Below are positions 13,531-25,900 of a DNA stretch of 64,000 bases, piece by piece; the stretch's first letter is position 1, and each line of letters starts with the position of its first letter. Made by a program: the position numbers and the translations under genes. The notes under the pieces are model-generated. The model was given only the letters and a program-made list of their open reading frames with translations, did not search any database and was not told the origin of the DNA. This stretch comes from Octopus sinensis (Eukaryota), in NCBI RefSeq assembly GCF_006345805.1, contig NC_042999.1:136338001-136402000 (forward strand), given 5' to 3'.

Positions 13531-14439
13531 TCAAAGACAACAAGTTCAAGCCATCAATGTAACAGTAAACATTTGTAAAACTTTCCAGAAGTTTGTCATT
13601 TAAGTATACATGAGCATGTCAATGCAACTATCTGCATAGAGCATGTCTGTGCAACTATATGCCTGAGAAGACATACATAAAACAAAACATACAAATCTAC
13701 ACATGCATGGTTTCCAAATACTACACACATACATATACAAATACTCTGTTCATGTTACTGCAATTTTAATGAAGGAGCCTTGAGTCTTGGTTAGAAACTG
13801 ACTCCTTCACTATTGGTAAGAAATTTTGAAATAAAACTAAATAACATACAGTGCCATCAGTATCAGGCATACATGCAGAGGACCATTTAAAAATGGCTTT
13901 TAGAATGTTTTCTTCTACAATTATGCTGACTCTTCTAGTCTAAGTCAGCAATTGGTTTTATTTTCCTCTCTTCTAAATAAGAGCAACACCTTTTACTTAC
14001 AAAGTTAAAATTATTCAGACCAAATTACTAACTGTGTTTTACACTATGTGAAATTTTGCCTTTACAGTTTTAGGTGATATTAATAGCAACACAAGCAGTA
14101 TTATGATACCTATAAGTTACTTTACCCTTTAGCATTTAAACTAGCCATATCAGGCTTAAATATACGGCCGGTTTTATGTATAAGCTGGCCAGATCCAACT
14201 TCTTGCACCTACCCTACAATGTCATTTTTAAAATGTCAAAGCTATAAGATAAAGCATAATTAATTGAAAACAATGTGAATAAGTAAGCATTACATTTGAC
14301 AGAGTAATATGAATTTTAAAGAGTTAAGATGATATATGTACTCTTCTCACTTCACTTGGTCTTTACATTTAAACTAAGATCTACTTCAGTGCTATATAAA
14401 AGCCTGTAATGATATGCATAAGATCTGGTCATCAAACCT

Positions 14440-14888
14440 AAGTAGAGATTTCAAACTTAAAATCTTCAAAGCCGAACCAATTCTACTATATAGCTCAGAA
14501 ACCTGGACGTTATCAAAGAAGCTTGAGAGGTGGTTGGATGGTACTTACACTCGCCTCCTTATGAGAGCTCAAAATCTCTTGTGGAAGTGACATCCAACCA
14601 AAGTACAAATATATGGGAAATTACCACCTGTATCATCTTTTGTGAATGGTAGAAGAGTCCAGTTTGCTGGACATTGTTGTAGAGCTGAAAACGAGGTAAT
14701 TTCTAATCTTCTCCTCTGGAAGCCATCGGCTCGCGATACCAGAGGGTGCACACTCTCCTACCCTGATGTAATCTCCAGGGATACAGTCATCCAGCAACAG
14801 GACCTCCGTAATGCTATGATGGACTGTGAAGTCCAGCGTAACATAGTAAATTTCATTGTATCGACCACGGTCGAACAATGATGATGAT
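14440..14888 (+). mobile_element. RTE LINE 3' fragment (copy 1)
   Basis: SETWTLSK...LDGTYTRLLMRAQNL...RRVQFAGHCCR...STTVEQ* followed by a (TGA)n tail. Confidence 0.85.
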
Positions 14889-15689
14889 ATAAAAGCCTGA
14901 GATGACCCTTCTATATGAAGTAGTTAAAAAATACTGGGACAAAACTCACCAAGACTTTAACTGTTTTGCAGCCAAGCACTTTTGGCAACAAGATTTCTTT
15001 ACCAAAGATGCCTGTTATAGATAGTAATTGTTATTCCATCTGTTTATCCGTCTATCTATCTGTCCATCCGTTGCCCTCATGCATGCATGTGTGTGTGTGA
15101 GAGAGAGAGAGAGAGTTTATATTTCCTATGAATATAAGTGCATGTGCTGGTTGTAAGCAATGACTGACATTTGCTTGCAGTCTACTGTGAAATCATGTCC
15201 AGGTTGTTTGTTAATCAATAGACTGAGCAATTATTGCCTTGCTTAGAAAAAATAAAAACAGAGATTGTCAACAAGTTGGGCATCCAACTGCAGAATACTG
15301 TCATCCAACCTATGCAAGTATAGAAAAATAGACATTAAATCAATGCTGATGACGGTAATATAAATAACAATATAAGACTTATAGAAATGATATAAATATA
15401 TTTTTGATATAGATATATGAAAAAGATAAAGAAATAGTTGAATTTGCCATGTATCTACTACATAGGTTTACATACATTATATCATGCCTAGTTACTGTGT
15501 AGACTGTGATCCTCATTGACAAGCCACTGATATTAAATAAAGTTTTAAACACTTGTACACAAATTAGTTGCCCCCATCCTCTGAAGTTACTGGATTGGTT
15601 GTATATAAAAACTGATTGGCTGTTTTGTTTCTCTGGGATTAGTCAAATGATGTAGATACCTCTAGTGAGACTCCCATGAGGATATAAAA

Positions 15690-16130
15690 TTGATTAAATC
15701 TTCAAAGCCACAGTCAAACCAATTCTATTATATAGCTCAGAAACCTGGACATTATCAAAGAAGCTTGAGAGGTGGTTGGATGGAACTTACACTCGCCTCC
15801 TTATGAGAGCTCAGAATCTCTCGTGGAAGTGTCATCCAACCAAAGTACAAATATATGGGAAACTACCACCTGTATCATCTTTTGTGAATGGTAGAAGAGT
15901 CCAGTTTGCTGGACATTGTTGTAGAGATGAAAACGAGGTAATTTCTACTCTTCTCCTCTGGAAGCCATCTGCTCGCAATACCAGAGGGCGCACACTCTCC
16001 TACCCTTATGTAATCTCCAGGGATACAGGCATCCAGCAACAGGACCTCTGTAATGCTATGATGGACTGTGAACTCCGGTGTAACATAGTAAATTCCATTG
16101 TCTCGACCACAGTTGAACAATGATGATGGT
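15690..16130 (+). mobile_element. RTE LINE 3' fragment (copy 2)
   Basis: ORF 15776-16123 is nearly identical to copy 1 and ends in a (TGA)n tail. Confidence 0.85.
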
Positions 16131-16204
16131 GAAAGCTGGTTGTTATTCTTTTCAATCTCTGGAGAAGTAGTTAAATTTGACATGTTTGTCTGTCTACTGC
16201 ATAT

Positions 16205-16790
16205 CTGTTAGCAGCAGAAGCACTATTAATACCACAAGGTAATATTTGTCCCCACTTAAATGTGGATGGTCTATTAGAACAAACTATACAGTGGTAGTTG
16301 TCATGAGAGAAACTCACATGTTGGCATTTAATGTAAAACGGAATTGTTTATTTTGCTAGTGGGAAGATAAATCCTCACCACTTCCAGCACCAAAACCCCC
16401 AGATCACGTAATTTTGAACTTCCTTAGTCTTGTCAATGATAGATACTCTACTGCTAGAGATAACAGTGATTCAACTCCTGCCAGTTATACATAGAATAAC
16501 AGTGTGAGAACAGGCAATGGTGTTGTGATTAGCCAATGAGCTTGTTAAAAAAATACATATTAGCAACAGAGGCAGCATTAATACCAAGAGGTAATGTTTA
16601 TCCCTACTTAAATGTGGATGTTCTGTTAGAACAAACTATACTGTTGTAGATACCATGAGAGAAACTCTCATATTGGCTTTTGGTGCAAAATGTACTCTTG
16701 TTAATATATCACTAGTGGGAGATAAATTCTTGCCATCTCCAGCACCGAAACTACCAGATCATGTGATTTTAACAACCTCTAGAGATTACA
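16205..16790. repeat. Diverged tandem duplication of a roughly 220-bp unit (16205-16425 and 16558-16775)
   Basis: Shared blocks such as attaataccaNNaggtaat, acttaaatgtggatg, ttagaacaaactata, catgagagaaactc and ccagcacc.aaac. Confidence 0.85.
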
Positions 16791-16990
16791 TATATTTACA
16801 AATATGAGATATGAAACAGTTTTATATTTAAGAACTGAGGAATTATGTACATTATTTACATTTGATGGATATTTGTCCTCATCTTGTTTGCGGTTAACAC
16901 AACGCTTCAGCTGATATATCCTCCAGCCTTCATCAGATGTCTTGGGGAAATTTCGAATCTGGGCTCTCATTCCTAAGGTATTTTTCAATG
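16790..16990 (-). mobile_element. Penelope-like terminal repeat fragment
   Basis: Minus strand reads ctgatgaaggctg...cagctgaagcgttg, a degenerate hammerhead-like core, followed by an aaataatgta-type tail. Confidence 0.5.
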
Positions 16991-17051
16991 TTATTGTTGT
17001 TGGTGGTGGTGGCGGAGGTGTTGTTGTTGTTGTTGTTGTTGTTGTTGCTGC

Positions 17052-17082
<31 letters not shown>

Positions 17083-17105
17083 ACTGTTGTTGCTGCTGTT
17101 GTTGT
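16990..17105. repeat. (GTT)n/(GCT)n trinucleotide tract
   Basis: Seen directly; source of the poly-L/V/N/S ORF artefacts. Confidence 0.95.
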
Positions 17106-17759
17106 CTGGAATACTACCTGTGACCTTAAATATCCACATGATTAATAAGCCTTCAAATTTAATAAGTGCTCAAAACCCTTCTGATGACCTTGGGTAGCCT
17201 AGAGCAGTTATTTTCTAAAACTGACCATGTTAAGTACAATTTCCTTCTTTATTTTAAATCATAAGCAATATTTTTACCTTAAATTAAATAAATTACATTT
17301 ATTAAACCTGGTTACTGCCTGGAATCAAACTCAGAATCTTGGGGTTAGTAACCCATGCTCTTTACCACCACACCATATGAGCAATTATGGAGTGAATTTC
17401 AAGGTCTATAAATCTAATACTTTCCTATCCTTCCTTAATACTGGCTCCCATATGCTATTGATATCTGCATTCGGTCTGCTTAGGAGGTTGTTGTGTAAAT
17501 AATGTAAATAATGAGATATGAGTTAAAATATAAATGGAGCTATTGAAGATTATATTTAAGTTTTCACAAGGAAAGTGAAATAACAAGATTTTTAAGTATG
17601 AGAAAATTGTAGACCAATTCATACTGAAAAACCAATTTGTTCACCTCACTTACATGAATCTATAAGAATTTATGAATTAGTCTCAACTATTTCCTCATTT
17701 TCACAAATCATTATCAAATTGTGTTGAGTCTTTGTGCTAAATAGTTCCATAGAATCAGT

Positions 17760-18092
17760 CTAGGAAAATTGCAATAAGAACTGCTTTCTTCTTTGGTGGT
17801 GCTCTTTCAGAGCTCCATCTTTCGAATCTAGAAGAAATTATTTGCTTATGTAAATTAATAAATCTCAAATGAGGAACAATGTCATGAACAGATACACGAA
17901 TTTTGACAGTCTTTATGACTATTACTATGACAACTGACAGAATTGTTGCTTCTTGTCTATGTAATTTTCATTTCGGCATCATTAAAGTATTTTGCTTGTG
18001 ATAAGACAACATTTCAAACTTGTCTCTATCAGTATTATTTGTAGAAACAGAATTTTGAAATTATTGGGATAAAAATAGTTTCAGTATAAACA

Positions 18093-18123
<31 letters not shown>

Positions 18124-18188
18124 TGTATGTATGTATGTAGAAACAGAATTTTGAAATTATTGTGATAAAAATAGTTTCAGTATAAACA

Positions 18189-18219
<31 letters not shown>

Positions 18220-19847
18220 TGTATGTATGTATGTATGTATGTATGTATGTATGTAGAAACAGAATTTTGAAATTATTGTGATAAAAATAGTTTCAGTATA
18301 AACAATATGTATGTATGTGTGTATGTATGTATGTATGTATGTATGTATGTATGTATGTATGTATGTATGCATGCATGCATGTATAAATGTATGAATAAAT
18401 GAATGTCATTATTACCTCCGCATTAGTGAAGGCAGATGTATTGTTTTCAGTTGTGTTTGTTTGTCCATGGATAAAGATATCTCAAGAACTACTGGATGGA
18501 TTTGAATGAAACTTTCAGAGATGTTTGGCCTCATGACTGGCATGAACTGATTAAATTCTGGGATTGATCTGGTACCAAACAAGGATGTGTCTCAGATGGA
18601 TCTATGGCATTAAGTGGAAGGACCACATCAGTGATCTTGAAATATTGGAAGGCTCTCGGTGTGAAAGTATAGAAGCTCTTGTGTTAAAGCAAAAGCTCAG
18701 ATGGAGTGGTCATCTGGTCAGGATGAAGGATTCAAGGATGCCAAAACAACTCTTTCATGGACAGTTAGCTAAAAGAGAACGACCTCCACATAAACCAAAA
18801 AAGAGGTATAAGGACTTGCTGAAGGCTTCCTTTAGAAATGCTCGCATCTCACCTGACACATGGGAAGGCATAGCTATTGATCGTAGCAGGTGGAGAAGGA
18901 TTGTGCACGAGGGGACAGCCACTTTTGAGAAATCTCGATTTGCACATGAGAAAGTAAGGAGGGATGTCAGGAAGGGCATCGCTGTTACACTTCCAGATGG
19001 GAAGAGTCTTCCTATGATGCTGACATGCAGTGTCTGTGCAAGACCCTGCTTCAGTAAAGCTGGACTCATGAGTCATCTTCTTAGTCATAAAGCGAGACAG
19101 ATGAGTGACAACCTGGCCACTGGTGGTGGTGTAACACACCATACTAATCATATCTGTCGGGCATGTGGAAGAGAGTGTAATTCGGCAGGAGGACTTAAAC
19201 GACATGCAAAGGTACATGAAGCCCAGTTACAACTACAGCCGGCTATTACCGGTAAAGGTTTCAGTTGCCAATAATTGGGGCTGGTGATGTAGAAATTCTC
19301 TGACAATCACTCGCGACTCTTTCCAGAGCCAAATGCTGCTGCCTTACAGTAGTAACCTCTCCTACTAGAGTTTGACTACATGGTCATCTGAATTGAGCTT
19401 CAGTAGCTTCACATGGTCTTCTGAATTGAGCCTAAACCCTGTCCAAAGATGTGGGGCAGCATGTTATCATACTCACTAGAGAACGCTCAAAGACCATCAG
19501 AACTTGATTTTCATGATGTTCATGTCACATCTTACAACCTTAACAATGTACATAGAACATTGATCTGCAGTCATGACATTAGCATTTTGACACCTAGCAC
19601 AACTCACCATGAAACAGGTAACTCTTTTCCAATATTCAGATGACTTTCAGCTTTCATTTTCAACAACTTCAGTCTTTATGCTCTCCAATGCCATTGAGTG
19701 TTCACCAATACATCAAACTGTTTTTGAAAATGGAGGCATAAAATATTGCCAAATTTAGCCCAATGCTCTCTCTCCATACATATATATATGCAGAGAGAGG
19801 GAGGGAGAAAGAGAGAGAGAAAGAGAGGGAGTGGGAGAAAGATAGAG

Positions 19848-19920
<73 letters not shown>

Positions 19921-22900
19921 CATCTATAATCCAGATACTGTGGTTTTCATTCAAGATAAAAATCCATTGTAGACATGATGTTTTTAAAGACAATATGTAT
20001 CAGAAAGAAATGAAAAGTCACCCTAGCAAGAATGCCAGATGCGTTTTGGCTCTTTTGAATTTTGTCAATAACCTGTACTCTCAGTCAACCACACGTCTAA
20101 ATGAGATTTGTTGCCTCCAATATAGGAAACAGTGAATAATACATTCACTGACTTTGCAAATAACTGCTAGGCTTAATAAATAATGAGAGGTATGCAACTT
20201 AAACAGCATTAAATTAAAATAGTCTTATATGTATCATACATAATGTATATACACTATTGACAGGCCAGACACTGAAGATTTTGTCTGAGACAAAATCTCT
20301 CATGGACTTCTTGTGCTGAAAAGCACAATATATAAGAGAGACAAAAAATTGTCCCAGTAGTGGCTAGTAAGAATGCCATATAATATGCATGTATTTAGAT
20401 ATAGTGAGGAGGCACATGGCTTACTGGTTAGGAAGTTGGACTCATGATCATAAGGTTGTGGTTTCAATTCCTGGACTGGGCAACAAGTTGTGTTCTTGAT
20501 CAAAACACTTCATTTCATGTTACTCCAGTCCACTCAGCTGGCAAAAATGAGTAACCCTGCCGATGAAGCAGTGTCATGTCCACATGGAGAATATATACAC
20601 CGGGAAATCAGCCCTATGAGTCTATGACTCGGGAAGGAGCTTTACTTACTTTTTTTTAATACATATATATATATATATATATATAATATATGTGTGTATG
20701 TGTATATTGTTACTCCCTTCCTGAAAGCATTTCCATTATGTCTGGTTCTGCTTCAAGAAATCACAAGCCAGGCATCCCTACCAACTGAGACAACCCCAGT
20801 AGTCTTGACATAAAACATTGTTTATTAATTGTCTATATTTTTATTCATCCAATCATATGATATAATTGATTCTATCATGGGGCGTTTTCCTACTCCCACA
20901 TCATTTATGTTTTAACTCGCACCTATTCATCCAATCTGGTGACACTTCATTGACTCTACCAGGTGATATTTTTTATACATTGAATCATTTTATGGATCTA
21001 TTCTTTTCCACTGAGCAAAACTTGTTTTTAGTACCATCCTATTGTGAACAATTGGAATTACAGTTTGCCATTTTACATTTCATTTAGGAATTATTACAAT
21101 ATTTTTCAATCATTAATAAAATCATTATCCAAGCACAATATTATTATTTGTTCCTACATTATAACATTATTTGACATCAAGAATGAGATGGAATTTACTG
21201 CAGATCTCATTAATTTATTGTGCATGCAACAAGAATCCTTAGAAATGCAAAACACAACATGACAAGCTGCAATTGGATATTTTAACTGCTTTAGCTTCCA
21301 AGCTTATGCAGTCAAATCCAGTTACATTGATTAACAATCAAAGAAGCATCACTTCAAAAGTTTTTGAATATGATGAACAAAATGAACTAACTTTTGCATC
21401 TTGGTATAACTGTTATCAAGATCTTTTTGTCACTGAAGCATTGGAACTAGATGATTCAAGTAACCAAAGACTATTATTGTGAAAATTAGGCAGTATTGAA
21501 TATAACAAGTATTTTAACTTTGTATTTCCCCAAACATCCTAATGAATTTGACTTTAAAATGATGGCAGACCAACTTGCAAAAATATTTGGTGAGACATCA
21601 TTATTGTTTAACAGCAGATATAAATGTCTGAAATTAGAAAAATACCCCAAAGAAGATTTTAATGCATACACTGAATGTATAAGCAAAGAATGTGAAAAAT
21701 TTAATAAACTGACAATGACTAACAACATCATCATCATCATCATCATCATCATCATTTAGCGTCCGTTTTCCATGCTAGCATGGGTTGGACGGTTTAACTG
21801 GGGTCTGTGAAGCCGGAAGGCTTCAATCCAGTCAGATTTGGCAGTGTTTCTACGGCTGGATGCCCTTCCTAACGCCAACCACTCCACAGGTGCCAGACAG
21901 AGCTGGCACAACGGCCACGAACGGATGGTGCTTTTACGTGTCACCGGCACGGGGCCAGCCGAGGCTGGCAACGAACACGAGCGGATGGTGCTTTTACGTG
22001 CCACTGACACGGGGCCAGACAGAGCTGGCAAACGGCCACGAATGGACGGTGCTTTGATTTAAGAATCTAATTTTCATATTTGATCTGACATCACCAAACT
22101 ATGATGATATAAAACTCATGTCCTAACCAAACTGGAAGCATCAGATAACATTACCTTACAACAATTAATGTGTGAATGTCAACAACTAGTTAATATTAAG
22201 CATGATATTCAAATGGTACAAAATTCTATCCAAAATGAAATAGTTTCAACCTCTAATGCAGTTACTACAAAAAGACAAAGCTGGACTTCATAAAATCCTA
22301 AACTGTTTTATGCATCTATGAGAACTTAGCAATGCTCTCCAACAGCATGTTGGAACTATGGTCAATGGCACCAAGCAAATTATTGTCCTTACAAGAATGA
22401 AAAATGTCTTAAATGTCACAATTCTGAACATAGATATGATTATTGCTAATGTCCTGGTCATTCCAGTAACTGTAAAAACCATTGAATCAGATCCAACCAC
22501 AGAAAGTATTATTTCAAATGGAGTTTACACCACATTTAAAGGGAAAGTTACTGCAAAAGGGTAGTATTTTACTGTACAGATAGATGGATATGATATATGC
22601 TTACAGCTTGACACTGCATCTGATATTACCATAATTTCTGAAGAAACAGGGCACAAAATTGGTAAACTTGCCATTTTATCAACTGAACAAAAAGCCAAGG
22701 TTGCTTCCAACAAACCATTGATTATCAAAGGTAAAGTATCATGTTTTTATTTACTCAAACACTCAACTTCCATTCATTCAGGATTTTACCATATTACTGA
22801 GAATCCTTATCTGGATGTCTTCAGAATAGAATGGATTAAGAAACTTGGATTATGGATTATACCGCTAAGTAACACATGCCCTTTTAAATAGGACTGGCAT

Positions 22901-25900
22901 TATTGATGTTGAACATATTACACACAATAGCCATAATGGAAAATTTCAGCAAGAATTTAAATCAATTTTTGAAGTTGGCTTAGGATTATGCCCAAAATTT
23001 ACTGCATTTTTATATCTTAAACTCAATGCCAGATCTGTTTTGAAACCAAAATGCCCAGTACGTTATGCCTTGTCATCGTTAGTTGAAAATGTCACATGAT
23101 AGAATCATGTCACATGATCAGATGATTAAAAATAGACCATTAATAAACAGTATTTTGTGTCGAGACAGCTGGAATTGTCTCATCTCCCCTTTTATGAAAG
23201 ATGAATAGTTGATATATGAATAAGTTTTATTTTGAGAGTTTACCTGTATGTGCTCAGCAGGTTTTCTATTTCAACTGGATCTTCTTAAATTTGATGAAGT
23301 GGTTTCTAATTGAGTTTGAATATCTTGAAGACAAGCTGTGTAGATTAGAAAATTTAAATGTAATATCAAAAGTGAATTATTCATCATGTGCAGCATCCAT
23401 TGTTTTGGTTAAAAAAAAAAGCAAATGGCTCTATGTGCTAATTTCTCTATGTGCTAATTTCTCTATGGGACTTATTGATTCATTAGAGCTACATTGTTAT
23501 TCACTACCTGTTCTGAAAGACTTATTTGCAAAATTAAATGGGGGAAATGGTTTTCTAAGAGTGACTTAGCAGAAGTATATTTACGAATAGCTGTAAATGA
23601 TGCATCAAAAGAATTCCTAACTATAAAATTTCCTCATGGCTAAAGTCTGTTCCAAGGATTTTTCAACAGCAAATACTTGCAGATTTTTCACACACCTTTG
23701 TGTACCTCAATGACATTACCGTTGTATCATCAACTGAAGCTGAGTATAAAAGAACATTTAAGGAATTTTTTTTAATGAATTAAGAAATATGGTCTTTGTC
23801 TAAAACCAGAAAAATGCTAACTTTTTTCATCCTCAACATATTTGGGTGTTATCAATGGTCATTTTCCAGATCCTGAAAAATGTCGATCATCAGGCATTTA
23901 CCACCACCCACAAGTATAACAAAACTACATTTTTTAAGGAATAGTTAGTTATTACAGCTCATTTTTACCTAACATACCTCAAATAAGGGGTCCACTAAAC
24001 TCATTATTTGTTAGCAATGCAAAATAGGACTGGTCTCCACAATGTCAAGAATTCAACTTTATCCTTTGCTTATGCAGACAGTCTTTCATGCTTAATAACC
24101 AAATACCCAGCAATGACTGATGTCATAATTACTAATACAAATATTGAAGCTGAGGTCTGCCAAGTGCTAATGGATTCAATCAAATTTTTACCTGTTACTT
24201 TAGAGATGGTAAAACAAGAAACATTAAATGAACTTGTTCTACAAGAAGTTATTAAATATTATAGATATGGTTGCCCAGAAAAAGTCTGTGATAAAGATAT
24301 GAAACCATTCTATATGAAATGTGATTATCTATCAGTTGTTGATGACTGTTTAATGATGGCTAATCATACTCTTATTCAAAACTGTCTTAAAAAGTTGGTA
24401 CTTAACCAATTTCATGCACACCATCCAGGAATTTCAAGAATGAAGACTTTAGCAAGAAGTTACATTTATTGGCCGGTACTTGACAAAGATATTGAGTCTC
24501 TTGTGCAAGTGTGTTCAAAATGTGCAAAAGCCTCAAAATTACCTATTCAGATAAGCATTCCTTGGCCAAATCCATAAGTACAATGGTCTAGAGTACATAT
24601 AGACTTTTCAGGACCTCATAATAGTAGTACTTTTTAATCATGGTTGACACATTATTTAAAGGGCTGGAGAGCTTCATTATGAGTCAAATAACAATTTCAT
24701 CCACAATATAAAAGCTACATAAAGTTTTTTCAAGATCTGGGTTACCAAAAGTCTTAATATTGGATAATGGTCCACAATTCACTTCTTTAGAATTCACAAT
24801 CTTTTGTAAGAAAAATGGTTTCAATCACGTAAGAACTCCTCAATATAATCCTCAATAAAATGGCTTAGCAGAGAGATTAACATATATCCTTAAGCATTCA
24901 TTACTCAGAATTGAGGGGAGTGGCAAGCTAGAAGAAAACTTGCAACTGTTTTTAATGAAGTACAGAATAACACTGAATTCTGCTGTGCCTGGGGACACGT
25001 CACCTGCAGAAATAATGTATCAGAGAAAAATTCAGTGTCTTTGATTTGATGAAACCTAGAAATGCAAAACATTCACCTAAAATAACTAATATACCAAAGA
25101 ACAGGTTGGGAGATCTGGTATATGTACTTGATACTCAACCAGGTCACTCCAAGTGACCTTCATCTTGGTGTGGCATGTTAACTTGTTAAGATGGAGGAGA
25201 GAGCAGTCAAAGCTACTATTTATGAATCAAGATCAAGGAAATACAATAATTCAAGATATTCAAACTTAATTAGAAACCACTTCAACAAATCTAAGAAGAT
25301 CCAGTTCAAATAGAAAACCTGCTGCAGACTTAAAGGTAAACTCTCAAAATGAAACTTTTTCATATATCAACAAGTCATCTTTTGTTGTCTCAACACAATC
25401 ATTGTTTATTAATTGTCTATTTTTATTCATCCAATCATGTAACGCAATTCTATCATGTGACATTTTCCTATTCTCATGTTGTTTATCATGTAGCTTGCAC
25501 CTATTCATCCAATCAAGTGACACTTTATTGACATTTTTCAGGTGACATTTTTTATACATTGACTCATTTTATGGATTTATCCTTTTCCACCACACAGCAC
25601 TAGTTTTTAGTAGTCTTGTTTACTTTTTATTGTGGATAATTGGAGTTACAGTTTACAATTTTACACTTTATTTTGGAATTATTGCAATATTTTCCATTCA
25701 TTAATAAAATCATTATCTGAGCACAACGTCATTATTCATTTCTATGATATAACATTATTACCATCAAAATAGCTTATGTGTGTATTCAACTTAATTATTA
25801 ATTAGTTTATACAAAAAAAAAACATACCTATTTTCAAATTTTTCAGTGCATTAAGCAAACCAAAATAAATACACTCTTTTATCTTGTCCTGTTAAAACTT

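Larger units (their letters stand above)
20786..25760 (+). mobile_element. Degenerate Ty3/gypsy LTR retrotransposon with both LTRs (about 20786-21166 and 25385-25754)
   Basis: Diverged direct repeats (cattgtttattaattgtctat...attaataaaatcattatc...taaca). Gag-like TFASWY..YQDLF; protease LQLDTASDITIIS; RT remnants; integrase HHPGISRMKTLARSYIYWP...CSKC, WSRVHIDFSGP and DNGPQFTS. Multiple stops. Confidence 0.9.

Noticed and set aside
17654-17659. Putative 6-nt microexon (ag|ATTCAT|gtaagt, minus strand)
   Set aside because: Cannot be supported without junction reads; such flanks occur by chance in AT-rich DNA.
21486-21755. Poly-Met ORF
   Set aside because: Antisense reading of the (CAT)n tail of an RTE fragment plus gypsy gag.
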